DNA from: Auanema rhodensis
Lineage: Eukaryota; Animalia; Nematoda
Reading direction: 5' to 3'
NCBI GenBank assembly: GCA_964057225.1
Contig: OZ059898.1
Coordinates: 1,798,001 to 1,862,000 of the forward strand
Length of the DNA stretch: 64,000 bases
In this document: one piece after another, positions 42,115 through 57,200 of the stretch
Layout: each line of letters starts with the position of its first letter
Numbering within the stretch: the stretch's first letter is position 1
Translations under genes and position numbers: made by a program
Notes under the pieces: generated by a model
The model's input: the letters and a program-made list of their open reading frames with translations, nothing else
What the model was told of the DNA's origin: nothing
Databases searched by the model: none

Positions 42115-45100
42115 TTGAGTGTACATGGAAACTCAACATACACTAATGCATCATTTTTCAAACGATCATAACTAATTTTTGTATTAAGCGTTTCTCAATG
42201 TAGTATAGTGCATTCGATGCGGATTTTTAAGCTGCGTCGATCTGTGTTATCAGATTTGCGCTAGCTTAAAAATGCACCGAGATATCAACTGATATAAGTT
42301 CACACTTATATCCTCGATTTTCACCCTGAAGAATTAATTTTTTCGTTGAATAACATTGTCCATCGTCTTTGCCTTGAAAAAAGAAATCTAAAAACATCTA
42401 CTTTTTGCTAAATTATTTTGAAATTTTCCGAAAAAATTTTTGTCAAAATGTTTTTGGAAGCAATGTTGAGTGTACATGGAAACTCAACATACACTAATGC
42501 ATCATTTTTCAAACGATCATAACTAATTTTTGTATTAAGCGTTTCTCAATGTAGTATAGTGCATTCGATGCGGATTTTTAAGCTGCGTCGATCTGTGTTA
42601 TCAGATTTGCGCTAGCTTAAAAATGCACCGAGATATCAACTGATATAAGTTCACACTTATATCCTCGATTTTGACCCTGAAGAATTAATTTTTTCGTTGA
42701 ATAACATTGTCCATCGTCTTTGCCTTGAAAAAAGGAATCTAAAAACATCTACTTTTTGCTAAATTATTTTGAAATTTTTCGAAAAAATTTTTGTCAAAAT
42801 GTTTTTGGAAGCAATGTTGAGTGTACATGGAAACTCAACATACACTAATGCATCATTTTTCAAACGATCATAACTAATTTTTGTATTAAGCGTTTCTCAA
42901 TGTAGTATAGTGCATTCGATGCGGATTTTTAAGCTGCGTCGATCTGTGTTATCAGATTTGCGCTAGCTTAAAAATGCACCGAGATATCAACTGATATAAG
43001 TTCACACTTATATCCTCGATTTTCACCCTGAAGAATTAATTTTTTCGTTGAATAACATTGTCCATCGTCTTTGCCTTGAAAAAAGGAATCTAAAAACATC
43101 TACTTTTTGCTAAATTATTTTGAAATTTTCCGAAAAAATTTTTGTCAAAATGTTTTTGGAAGCAATGTTGAGTGTACATGGAAACTCAACATACACTAAT
43201 GCATCATTTTTCAAACGATCATAACTAATTTTTGTATTAAGCGTTTCTCAATGTAGTATAGTGCATTCGATGCGGATTTTTAAGCTGCGTCGATCTGTGT
43301 TATCAGATTTGCGCTAGCTTAAAAATGCACCGAGATATCAACTGATATAAGTTCACACTTATATCCTCGATTTTGACCCTGAAGAATTAATTTTTTCGTT
43401 GAATAACATTGTCCATCGTCTTTGCCTTGAAAAAAGGAATCTAAAAACATCTACTTTTTGCTAAATTATTTTGAAATTTTTCGAAAAAATTTTTGTCAAA
43501 ATGTTTTTGGAAGCAATGTTGAGTGTACATGGAAACTCAACATACACTAATGCATCATTTTTCAAACGATCATAACTAATTTTTGTATTAAGCGTTTCTC
43601 AATGTAGTATAGTGCATTCGATGCGGATTTTTAAGCTGCGTCGATCTGTGTTATCAGATTTGCGCTAGCTTAAAAATGCACCGAGATATCAACTGATATA
43701 AGTTCACACTTATATCCTCGATTTTCACCCTGAAGAATTAATTTTTTTGTTGAATAACATTGTCCATCGTCTTTGCCTTGAAAAAAGGAATCTAAAAACA
43801 TCTACTTTTTGCTAAATTATTTTGAAATTTTTCGAAAAAATTTTTGTCAAAATGTTTTTGGAAGCAATGTTGAGTGTACATGGAAACTCAACATACACTA
43901 ATGCATCATTTTTCAAACGATCATAACTAATTTTTGTATTAAGCGTTTCTCAATGTAGTATAGTGCATTCGATGCGGATTTTTAAGCTGCGTCGATCTGT
44001 GTTATCAGATTTGCGCTAGCTTAAAAATGCACCGAGATATCAACTGATATAAGTTCACACTTATATCCTCGATTTTCACCCTGAAGAATTAATTTTTTTG
44101 TTGAATAACATTGTCCATCGTCTTTGTCTTGAAAAAAGGAATCTAAAAACATCTACTTTTTGCCAAATTATTTTGAAATTTTTCGAAAAAATTTCTGTCA
44201 AAATGTTTTTGGAAGCAATGTTGAGTGTACATGGAAACTCAACATACACTAATGCATCATTTTTCAAACGATCATAACTAATTTTTGTATTAAGCGTTTC
44301 TCAATGTAGTATAGTGCATTCGATGCGGATTTTTAAGCTGCGTCGATCTGTGTTATCAGATTTGCGCTAGCTTAAAAATGCACCGTGATATCAACTGATA
44401 TAAGTTCACACTTATATCCTCGATTTTCACCCTGAAGAATTAATTTTTTCGTTGAATAACATTGTCCATCGTCTTTGCCTTGAAAAAAGGAATCTAAAAA
44501 CATCTACTTTTTGCTAAATTATTTTGAAATTTTTCGAAAAAATTTTTGTCAAAATGTTTTTGGAAGCAATGTTGAGTGTACATGGAAACTCAACATACAC
44601 TAATGCATCATTTTTCAAACGATCATAACTAATTTTTGTATTAAGCGTTTCTCAATGTAGTATAGTGCATTCGATGCGGATTTTTAAGCTGCGTCGATCT
44701 GTGTTATCAGATTTGCGCTAGCTTAAAAATGCACCGAGATATCAACTGATATAAGTTCACACTTATATCCTCGATTTTCACCCTGAAGAATTAATTTTTT
44801 CGTTGAATAACATTGTCCATCGTCTTTGCCTTGAAAAAAGGAATCTAAAAACATCTACTTTTTGCTAAATTATTTTGAAATTTTCCGAAAAAATTTTTGT
44901 CAAAATGTTTTTGGAAGCAATGTTGAGTGTACATGGAAACTCAACATACACTAATGCATCATTTTTCAAACGATCATAACTAATTTTTGTATTAAGCGTT
45001 TCTCAATGTAGTATAGTGCATTCGATGCGGATTTTTAAGCTGCGTCGATCTGTGTTATCAGATTTGCGCTAGCTTAAAAATGCACCGAGATATCAACTGA

Positions 45101-47730
45101 TATAAGTTCACACTTATATCCTCGATTTTCACCCTGAAGAATTAATTTTTTCGTTGAATAACATTGTCCATCGTCTTTGCCTTGAAAAAAGGAATCTAAA
45201 AACATCTACTTTTTGCTAAATTATTTTGAAATTTTTCGAAAAAATTTTTGTCAAAATGTTTTTGGAAGCAATGTTGAGTGTACATGGAAACTCAACATAC
45301 ACTAATGCATCATTTTTCAAACGATCATAACTAATTTTTGTATTAAGCGTTTCTCAATGTAGTATAGTGCATTCGATGCGGATTTTTAAGCTGCGTCGAT
45401 CTGTGTTATCAGATTTGCGCTAGCTTAAAAATGCACCGAGATATCAACTGATATAAGTTCACACTTATATCCTCGATTTTCACCCTGAAGAATTAATTTT
45501 TTCGTTGAATAACATTGTCCATCGTCTTTGCCTTAAAAAACGAAATCTAAAAACATCTACTTTTTGCTAAATTATTTTGAAATTTTTCGAAAAAATTTTT
45601 GTCAAAATGTTTTTGGAAGCAATGTTGAGTGTACATGGAAACTCAACATACACTAATGCATCATTTTTCAAACGATCATAACTAATTTTTGTATTAAGCG
45701 TTTCTCAATGTAGTATAGTGCATTCGATGCGGATTTTTAAGCTGCGTCGATCTGTGTTATCAGATTTGCGCTAGCTTAAAAATGCACCGTGATATCAACT
45801 GATATAAGTTCACACTTATATCCTCGATTTTCACCCTGAAGAATTAATTTTTTCGTTGAATAACATTGTCCATCGTCTTTGCCTTGAAAAAAGGAATCTA
45901 AAAACATCTACTTTTTGCTAAATTATTTTGAAATTTTTCGAAAAAATTTTTGTCAAAATGTTTTTGGAAGCAATGTTGAGTGTACATGGAAACTCAACAT
46001 ACACTAATGCATCATTTTTCAAACGATCATAACTAATTTTTGTATTAAGCGTTTCTCAATGTAGTATAGTGCATTCGATTCGGATTTTTAAGCTGCGTCG
46101 ATCTGTGTTATCAGATTTGCGCTAGCTTAAAAATGCACCGAGATATCAACTGATATAAGTTCACACTTATATCCTCGATTTTCACCCTGAAGAATTAATT
46201 TTTTCGTTGAATAACATTGTCCATCGTCTTTGCCTTAAAAAACGAAATCTAAAAACATCTACTTTTTGCTAAATTATTTTGAAATTTTTCGAAAAAATTT
46301 TTGTCAAAATGTTTTTGGAAGCAATGTTGAGTGTACATGGAAACTCAACATACACTAATGCATCATTTTTCAAACGATCATAACTAATTTTTGTATTAAG
46401 CGTTTCTCAATGTAGTATAGTGCATTCGATGCGGATTTTTAAGCTGCGTCGATCTGTGTTATCAGATTTGCGCTAGCTTAAAAATGCACCGTGATATCAA
46501 CTGATATAAGTTCACACTTATATCCTCGATTTTCACCCTGAAGAATTAATTTTTTCGTTGAATAACATTGTCCATCGTCTTTGCCTTGAAAAAAGGAATC
46601 TAAAAACATCTACTTTTTGCTAAATTATTTTGAAATTTTTCGAAAAAATTTTTGTCAAAATGTTTTTGGAAGCAATGTTGAGTGTACATGGAAACTCAAC
46701 ATACACTAATGCATCATTTTTCAAACGATCATAACTAATTTTTGTATTAAGCGTTTCTCAATGTAGTATAGTGCATTCGATGCGGATTTTTAAGCTGCGT
46801 CGATCTGTGTTATCAGATTTGCGCTAGCTTAAAAATGCACCGAGATATCAACTGATATAAGTTCACACTTATATCCTCGATTTTCACCCTGAAGAATTAA
46901 TTTTTTCGTTGAATAACATTGTCCATCGTCTTTGCCTTGAAAAAAGGAATCTAAAAACATCTACTTTTTGCTAAATTATTTTGAAATTTTCCGAAAAAAT
47001 TTTTGTCAAAATGTTTTTGGAAGCAATGTTGAGTGTACATGGAAACTCAACATACACTAATGCATCATTTTTCAAACGATCATAACTAATTTTTGTATTA
47101 AGCGTTTCTCAATGTAGTATAGTGCATTCGATGCGGATTTTTAAGCTGCGTCGATCTGTGTTATCAGATTTGCGCTAGCTTAAAAATGCACCGAGATATC
47201 AACTGATATAAGTTCACACTTATATCCTCGATTTTCACCCTGAAGAATTAATTTTTTCGTTGAATAACATTGTCCATCGTCTTTGCCTTGAAAAAAGGAA
47301 TCTAAAAACATCTACTTTTTGCTAAATTATGTTGAAATTTTTCGAAAAAATTTTTGTCAAAATGTTTTTGGAAGCAATGTTGAGTGTACATGGAAACTCA
47401 ACATACACTAATGCATCATTTTTCAAACGATCATAACTAATTTTTGTATTAAGCGTTTCTCAATGTAGTATAGTGCATTCGATGCGGATTTTTAAGCTGC
47501 GTCGATCTGTGTTATCAGATTTGCGCTAGCTTAAAAATGCACCGAGATATCAACTGATATAAGTTCACACTTATATCCTCGATTTTCACCCTGAAGAATT
47601 AATTTTTTCGTTGAATAACATTGTCCATCGTCTTTGCCTTGAAAAAAGGAATCTAAAAACATCTACTTTTTGCTAAATTATTTTGAAATTTTCCGAAAAA
47701 ATTTTTGTCAAAATGTTTTTGGAAGCAATG

Positions 47731-50700
47731 TTGAGTGTACATGGAAACTCAACATACACTAATGCATCATTTTTCAAACGATCATAACTAATTTTTGTAT
47801 TAAGCGTTTCTCAATGTAGTATAGTGCATTCGATGCGGATTTTTAAGCTGCGTCGATCTGTGTTATCAGATTTGCGCTAGCTTAAAAATGCACCGAGATA
47901 TCAACTGATATAAGTTCACACTTATATCCTCGATTTTCACCCTGAAGAATTAATTTTTTCGTTGAATAACATTGTCCATCGTCTTTGCCTTGAAAAAAGG
48001 AATCTAAAAACATCTACTTTTTGCTAAATTATTTTGAAATTTTTCGAAAAAATTTTTGTCAAAATGTTTTTGGAAGCAATGTTGAGTGTACATGGAAACT
48101 CAACATACACTAATGCATCATTTTTCAAACGATCATAACTAATTTTTGTATCAAGCGTTTCTCAATGTAGTATAGTGCATTCGATGCGGATTTTTAAGCT
48201 GCGTCGATCTGTGTTATCAGATTTGCGCTAGCTTAAAAATGCACCGAGATATCAACTGATATAAGTTCACACTTATATCCTCGATTTTCACCCTGAAGAA
48301 TTAATTTTTTCGTTGAATAACATTGTCCATCGTCTTTGCCTTAAAAAAAGGAATCTAAAAACATCTACTTTTTGCTAAATTATTTTGAAATTTTTCGAAA
48401 AAATTTTTGTCAAAATGTTTTTGGAAGCAATGTTGAGTGTACATGGAAACTCAACATACACTAATGCATCATTTTTCAAACGATCATAACTAATTTTTGT
48501 ATTAAGCGTTTCTCAATGTAGTATAGTGCATTCGATGCGGATTTTTAAGCTGCGTCGATCTGTGTTATCAGATTTGCGCTAGCTTAAAAATGCACCGAGA
48601 TATCAACTGATATAAGTTCACACTTATATTCTCGATTTTCACCCTGAAGAAATAATTTTTTCGTTGAATAACATTGTCCATCGTCTTTGCCTTGAAAAAA
48701 GGAATCTAAAAACATCTACTTTTTGCTAAATTATTTTGAAATTTTTCGAAAAAATTTTTGTCAAAATGTTTTTGGAAGCAATGTTGAGTGTACATGGAAA
48801 CTCAACATACACTAATGCATCATTTTTCAAACGATCATAACTAATTTTTGTATTAAGCGTTTCTCAATGTAGTATAGTGCATTCGATGCGGATTTTTAAG
48901 CTGCGTCGATCTGTGTTATCAGATTTGCGCTAGCTTAAAAATGCACCGAGATATCAACTGATATAAGTTCACACTTATATCCTCGATTTTCACCCTGAAG
49001 AATTAATTTTTTCGTTGAATAACATTGTCCATCGTCTTTGCCTTGAAAAAAGGAATCTAAAAACATCTACTTTTTGCTAAATTATTTTGAAATTTTTCGA
49101 AAAAATTTTTGTCAAAATGTTTTTGGAAGCAATGTTGAGTGTACATGGAAACTCAACATACACTAATGCATCATTTTTCAAACGATCATAACTAATTTTT
49201 GTATTAAGCGTTTCTCAATGTAGTATAGTGCATTCGATGCGGATTTGTAAGCTGCGTCGATCTGTGTTATCAGATTTGCGCTAGCTTAAAAATGCACCGA
49301 GATATCAACTGATATAAGTTCACACTTATATCCTCGATTTTCACCCTGAAGAATTAATTTTTTCGTTGAATAACATTGTCCATCGTCTTTGCCTTGAAAA
49401 AATGAATCTAAAAACATCTACTTTTTGCTAAATTATTTTGAAATTTTTCGAAAAAAGTTTTGTCAAAATGTTTTTGGAAGCAATGTTGAGTGTACATGGA
49501 AACTCAACATACACTAATGCATCATTTTTCAAACGATCATAACTAATTTTTGTATTAAGCGTTTCTCAATGTAGTATAGTGCATTCGATGCGGATTTTTA
49601 AGCTGCGTCGATCTGTGTTATCAGATTTGCGCTAGCTTAAAAATGCACCGAGATATCAACTGATATAAGTTCACACTTATATCCTCGATTTTCACCCTGA
49701 AGAATTAATTTTTTCGTTGAATAACATTGTCCATCGTCTTTGCCTTGAAAAAAGGAATCTAAAAACATCTACTTTTTGCTAAATTATTTTGAAATTTTTC
49801 GAAAAAATTTTTGTCAAAATGTTTTTGGAAGCAATGTTGAGTGTACATGGAAACTCAACATACACTAATGCATCATTTTTCAAACGATCATAACTAATTT
49901 TTGTATCAAGCGTTTCTCAATGTAGTATAGTGCATTCGATGCGGATTTTTAAGCTGCGTCGATCTGTGTTATCAGATTTGCGCTAGCTTAAAAATGCACC
50001 GAGATATCAACTGATATAAGTTCACACTTATATCCTCGATTTTCACCCTGAAGAATTAATTTTTTCGTTGAATAACATTGTCCATCGTCTTTGCCTTAAA
50101 AAAAGGAATCTAAAAACATCTACTTTTTGCTAAATTATTTTGAAATTTTTCGAAAAAATTTTTGTCAAAATGTTTTTGGAAGCAATGTTGAGTGTACATG
50201 GAAACTCAACATACACTAATGCATCATTTTTCAAACGATCATAACTAATTTTTGTATTAAGCGTTTCTCAATGTAGTATAGTGCATTCGATGCGGATTTT
50301 TAAGCTGCGTCGATCTGTGTTATCAGATTTGCGCTAGCTTAAAAATGCACCGAGATATCAACTGATATAAGTTCACACTTATATTCTCGATTTTCACCCT
50401 GAAGAAATAATTTTTTCGTTGAATAACATTGTCCATCGTCTTTGCCTTGAAAAAAGGAATCTAAAAACATCTACTTTTTGCTAAATTATTTTGAAATTTT
50501 TCGAAAAAATTTTTGTCAAAATGTTTTTGGAAGCAATGTTGAGTGTACATGGAAACTCAACATACACTAATGCATCATTTTTCAAACGATCATAACTAAT
50601 TTTTGTATTAAGCGTTTCTCAATGTAGTATAGTGCATTCGATGCGGATTTTTAAGCTGCGTCGATCTGTGTTATCAGATTTGCGCTAGCTTAAAAATGCA

Positions 50701-51240
50701 CCGAGATATCAACTGATATAAGTTCACACTTATATCCTCGATTTTCACCCTGAAGAATTAATTTTTTCGTTGAATAACATTGTCCATCGTCTTTGCCTTG
50801 AAAAAAGGAATCTAAAAACATCTACTTTTTGCTAAATTATTTTGAAATTTTTCGAAAAAATTTTTGTCAAAATGTTTTTGGAAGCAATGTTGAGTGTACA
50901 TGGAAACTCAACATACACTAATGCATCATTTTTCAAACGATCATAACTAATTTTTGTATTAAGCGTTTCTCAATGTAGTATAGTGCATTCGATGCGGATT
51001 TGTAAGCTGCGTCGATCTGTGTTATCAGATTTGCGCTAGCTTAAAAATGCACCGAGATATCAACTGATATAAGTTCACACTTATATCCTCGATTTTCACC
51101 CTGAAGAATTAATTTTTTCGTTGAATAACATTGTCCATCGTCTTTGCCTTGAAAAAAGGAATCTAAAAACATCTACTTTTTGCTAAATTATTTTGAAATT
51201 TTTCGAAAAAAGTTTTGTCAAAATGTTTTTGGAAGCAATG
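47731..51240. repeat. 5-mer higher-order repeat (1755 bp) x2, M137-141 / M142-146
   Basis: consensus; C71+A262; T198+A220; consensus; G113+G323 occur twice. Confidence 0.87.
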
Positions 51241-54200
51241 TTGAGTGTACATGGAAACTCAACATACACTAATGCATCATTTTTCAAACGATCATAACTA
51301 ATTTTTGTATTAAGCGTTTCTCAATGTAGTATAGTGCATTCGATGCGGATTTTTAAGCTGCGTCGATCTGTGTTATCAGATTTGCGCTAGCTTAAAAATG
51401 CACCGAGATATCAACTGATATAAGTTCACACTTATATCCTCGATTTTCACCCTGAAGAATTAATTTTTTCGTTGAATAACATTGTCCATCGTCTTTGCCT
51501 TGAAAAAAGGAATCTAAAAACATCTACTTTTTGCTAAATTATTTTGAAATTTTTTGAAAAAATTTTTGTCAAAATGTTTTTGGAAGCAATGTTGAGTGTA
51601 CATGGAAACTCAACATACACTAATGCATCATTTTTCAAACGATCATAACTAATTTTTGTATTAAGCGTTTCTCAATGTAGTATAGTGCATTCGATGCGGA
51701 TTTTTAAGCTGCGTCGATCTGTGTTATCAGATTTGCGCTAGCTTAAAAATGCACCGAGATATCAACTGATATAAGTTCACACTTATATCCTCGATTTTCA
51801 CCCTGAAGAATTAATTTTTTCGTTGAATAACATTGTCCATCGTCTTTGCCTTGAAAAAAGGAATCTAAAAACATCTACTTTTTGCTAAATTATTTTGAAA
51901 TTTTTCGAAAAAATTTTTGTCAAAATGTTTTTGGAAGCAATGTTGAGTGTACATGGAAACTCAACATACACTAATGCATCATTTTTCAAACGATCATAAC
52001 TAATTTTTGTATTAAGCGTTTCTCAATGTAGTATAGTGCATTCGATGCGGATTTTTAAGCTGCGTCGATCTGTGTTATCAGATTTGCGCTAGCTTAAAAA
52101 TGCACCGAGATATCAACTGATATAAGTTCACACTTATATCCTCGATTTTCACCCTGGAGAATTAATTTTTTCGTTGAATAACATTGTCCATCGTCTTTGC
52201 CTTGAAAAAAGGAATCTAAAAACATCTACTTTTTGCTAAATTATTTTGAAATTTTTCGAAAAAATTTTTGTCAAAATGTTTTTGGAAGCAATGTTGAGTG
52301 TACATGGAAACTCAACATACACTAATGCATCATTTTTCAAACGATCATAACTAATTTTTGTATTAAGCGTTTCTCAATGTAGTATAGTGCATTCGATGCG
52401 GATTTTTAAGCTGCGTCGATCTGTGTTATCAGATTTGCGCTAGCTTAAAAATGCACCGAGATATCAACTGATATAAGTTCACACTTATATCCTCGATTTT
52501 CACCCTGAAGAATTAATTTTTTCGTTGAATAACATTGTCCATCGTCTTTGCCTTGAAAAAAGGAATCTAAAAACATCTACTTTTTGCTAAATTATTTTGA
52601 AATTTTTTGAAAAAATTTTTGTCAAAATGTTTTTGGAAGCAATGTTGAGTGTACATGGAAACTCAACATACACTAATGCATCATTTTTCAAACGATCATA
52701 ACTAATTTTTGTATTAAGCGTTTCTCAATGTAGTATAGTGCATTCGATGCGGATTTTTAAGCTGCGTCGATCTGTGTTATCAGATTTGCGCTAGCTTAAA
52801 AATGCACCGAGATATCAACTGATATAAGTTCACACTTATATCCTCGATTTTCACCCTGAAGAATTAATTTTTTCGTTGAATAACATTGTCCATTGTCTTT
52901 GCCTTGAAAAAAGGAATCTAAAAACATCTACTTTTTGCTAAATTATTTTGAAATTTTTCGAAAAAATTTTTGTCAAAATGTTTTTGGAAGCAATGTTGAG
53001 TGTACATGGAAACTCAACATACACTAATGCATCATTTTTCAAACGATCATAACTAATTTTTGTATTAAGCGTTTCTCAATGTAGTATAGTGCATTCGATG
53101 CGGATTTTTAAGCTGCGTCGATCTGTGTTATCAGATTTGCGCTAGCTTAAAAATGCACCGAGATATCAACTGATATAAGTTCACACTTATATCCTCGATT
53201 TTCACCCTGAAGAATTAATTTTTTCGTTGAATAACATTGTCCATCGTCTTTGCCTTGAAAAAAGGAATCTAAAAACATCTACTTTTTGCTAAATTATTTT
53301 GAAATTTTTCGAAAAAATTTTTGTCAAAATGTTTTTGGAAGCAATGTTGAGTGTACATGGAAACTCAACATACACTAATGCATCATTTTTCAAACGATCA
53401 TAACTAATTTTTGTATTAAGCGTTTCTCAATGTAGTATAGTGCATTCGATGCGGATTTGTAAGCTGCGTCGATCTGTGTTATCAGATTTGCGCTAGCTTA
53501 AAAATGCACCGAGATATCAACTGATATAAGTTCACACTTATATCCTCGATTTTCACCCTGAAGAATTAATTTTTTCGTTGAATAACATTGTCCATCGTCT
53601 TTGCCTTGAAAAAAGGAATCTAAAAACATCTACTTTTTGCTAAATTATTTTGAAATTTTTCGAAAAAAGTTTTGTCAAAATGTTTTTGGAAGCAATGTTG
53701 AGTGTACATGGAAACTCAACATACACTAATGCATCATTTTTCAAACGATCATAACTAATTTTTGTATTAAGCGTTTCTCAATGTAGTATAGTGCATTCGA
53801 TGCGGATTTTTAAGCTGCGTCGATCTGTGTTATCAGATTTGCGCTAGCTTAAAAATGCACCGAGATATCAACTGATATAAGTTCACACTTATATCCTCGA
53901 TTTTCACCCTGAAGAATTAATTTTTTCGTTGAATAACATTGTCCATCGTCTTTGCCTTGAAAAAAGGAATCTAAAAACATCTACTTTTTGCTAAATTATT
54001 TTGAAATTTTTTGAAAAAATTTTTGTCAAAATGTTTTTGGAAGCAATGTTGAGTGTACATGGAAACTCAACATACACTAATGCATCATTTTTCAAACGAT
54101 CATAACTAATTTTTGTATTAAGCGTTTCTCAATGTAGTATAGTGCATTCGATGCGGATTTTTAAGCTGCGTCGATCTGTGTTATCAGATTTGCGCTAGCT

Positions 54201-57200
54201 TAAAAATGCACCGAGATATCAACTGATATAAGTTCACACTTATATCCTCGATTTTCACCCTGAAGAATTAATTTTTTCGTTGAATAACATTGTCCATCGT
54301 CTTTGCCTTGAAAAAAGGAATCTAAAAACATCTACTTTTTGCTAAATTATTTTGAAATTTTTCGAAAAAATTTTTGTCAAAATGTTTTTGGAAGCAATGT
54401 TGAGTGTACATGGAAACTCAACATACACTAATGCATCATTTTTCAAACGATCATAACTAATTTTTGTATTAAGCGTTTCTCAATGTAGTATAGTGCATTC
54501 GATGCGGATTTTTAAGCTGCGTCGATCTGTGTTATCAGATTTGCGCTAGCTTAAAAATGCACCGAGATATCAACTGATATAAGTTCACACTTATATCCTC
54601 GATTTTCACCCTGGAGAATTAATTTTTTCGTTGAATAACATTGTCCATCGTCTTTGCCTTGAAAAAAGGAATCTAAAAACATCTACTTTTTGCTAAATTA
54701 TTTTGAAATTTTTCGAAAAAATTTTTGTCAAAATGTTTTTGGAAGCAATGTTGAGTGTACATGGAAACTCAACATACACTAATGCATCATTTTTCAAACG
54801 ATCATAACTAATTTTTGTATTAAGCGTTTCTCAATGTAGTATAGTGCATTCGATGCGGATTTTTAAGCTGCGTCGATCTGTGTTATCAGATTTGCGCTAG
54901 CTTAAAAATGCACCGAGATATCAACTGATATAAGTTCACACTTATATCCTCGATTTTCACCCTGAAGAATTAATTTTTTCGTTGAATAACATTGTCCATC
55001 GTCTTTGCCTTGAAAAAAGGAATCTAAAAACATCTACTTTTTGCTAAATTATTTTGAAATTTTTTGAAAAAATTTTTGTCAAAATGTTTTTGGAAGCAAT
55101 GTTGAGTGTACATGGAAACTCAACATACACTAATGCATCATTTTTCAAACGATCATAACTAATTTTTGTATTAAGCGTTTCTCAATGTAGTATAGTGCAT
55201 TCGATGCGGATTTTTAAGCTGCGTCGATCTGTGTTATCAGATTTGCGCTAGCTTAAAAATGCACCGAGATATCAACTGATATAAGTTCACACTTATATCC
55301 TCGATTTTCACCCTGAAGAATTAATTTTTTCGTTGAATAACATTGTCCATTGTCTTTGCCTTGAAAAAAGGAATCTAAAAACATCTACTTTTTGCTAAAT
55401 TATTTTGAAATTTTTCGAAAAAATTTTTGTCAAAATGTTTTTGGAAGCAATGTTGAGTGTACATGGAAACTCAACATACACTAATGCATCATTTTTCAAA
55501 CGATCATAACTAATTTTTGTATTAAGCGTTTCTCAATGTAGTATAGTGCATTCGATGCGGATTTTTAAGCTGAGTCGATCTGTGTTATCAGATTTGCGCT
55601 AGCTTAAAAATGCACCGAGATATCAACTGATATAAGTTCACACTTATATCCTCGATTTTCACCCTGAAGAATTAATTTTTTCGTTGAATAACATTGTCCA
55701 TCGTCTTTGCCTTGAAAAAAGGAATCTAAAAACATCTACTTTTTGCTAAATTATTCTGAAATTTTTCGAAAAAATTTTTGTCAAAATGTTTTTGGAAGCA
55801 ATGTTGAGTGTACATGGAAACTCAACATACACTAATGCATCATTTTTCAAACGATCATAACTAATTTTTGTATTAAGCGTTTCTCAATGTAGTATAGTGC
55901 ATTCGATGCGGATTTTTAAGCTGCGTCGATCTGTGTTATCAGATTTGCGCTAGCTTAAAAATGCACCGAGATATCAACTGATATAAGTTCACACTTATAT
56001 CCTCGATTTTCACCCTGAAGAATTAATTTTTTCGTTGAATAACATTGTCCATCGTCTTTGCCTTGAAAAAAGGAATCTAAAAACATCTACTTTTTGCTAA
56101 ATTATTTTGAAATTTTTTGAAAAAATTTTTGTCAAAATGTTTTTGGAAGCAATGTTGAGTGTACATGGAAACTCAACATACACTAATGCATCATTTTTCA
56201 AACGATCATAACTAATTTTTGTATTAAGCGTTTCTCAATGTAGTATAGTGCATTCGATGCGGATTTTTAAGCTGCGTCGATCTGTGTTATCAGATTTGCG
56301 CTAGCTTAAAAATGCACCGAGATATCAACTGATATAAGTTCACACTTATATCCTCGATTTTCACCCTGAAGAATTAATTTTTTCGTTGAATAACATTGTC
56401 CATTGTCTTTGCCTTGAAAAAAGGAATCTAAAAACATCTACTTTTTGCTAAATTATTTTGAAATTTTTCGAAAAAATTTTTGTCAAAATGTTTTTGGAAG
56501 CAATGTTGAGTGTACATGGAAACTCAACATACACTAATGCATCATTTTTCAAACGATCATAACTAATTTTTGTATTAAGCGTTTCTCAATGTAGTATAGT
56601 GCATTCGATGCGGATTTTTAAGCTGCGTCGATCTGTGTTATCAGATTTGCGCTAGCTTAAAAATGCACCGAGATATCAACTGATATAAGTTCACACTTAT
56701 ATCCTCGATTTTCACCCTGAAGAATTAATTTTTTCGTTGAATAACATTGTCCATCGTCTTTGCCTTGAAAAAAGGAATCTAAAAACATCTACTTTTTGCT
56801 AAATTATTTTGAAATTTTTTGAAAAAATTTTTGTCAAAATGTTTTTGGAAGCAATGTTGAGTGTACATGGAAACTCAACATACACTAATGCATCATTTTT
56901 CAAACGATCATAACTAATTTTTGTATTAAGCGTTTCTCAATGTAGTATAGTGCATTCGATGCGGATTTTTAAGCTGCGTCGATCTGTGTTATCAGATTTG
57001 CGCTAGCTTAAAAATGCACCGAGATATCAACTGATATAAGTTCACACTTATATCCTCGATTTTCACCCTGAAGAATTAATTTTTTCGTTGAATAACATTG
57101 TCCATTGTCTTTGCCTTGAAAAAAGGAATCTAAAAACATCTACTTTTTGCTAAATTATTTTGAAATTTTTCGAAAAAATTTTTGTCAAAATGTTTTTGGA

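Noticed and set aside
27930-44267. Eight near-identical 63-aa minus-strand ORFs (MKNDALVY...)
   Set aside because: They occur only in monomers with T295C, which turns a minus-strand TAG into TGG. The start codon is TTG, the peptide has no recognisable domain, and the other ~174 copies keep the stop. They are useful only as HOR markers.
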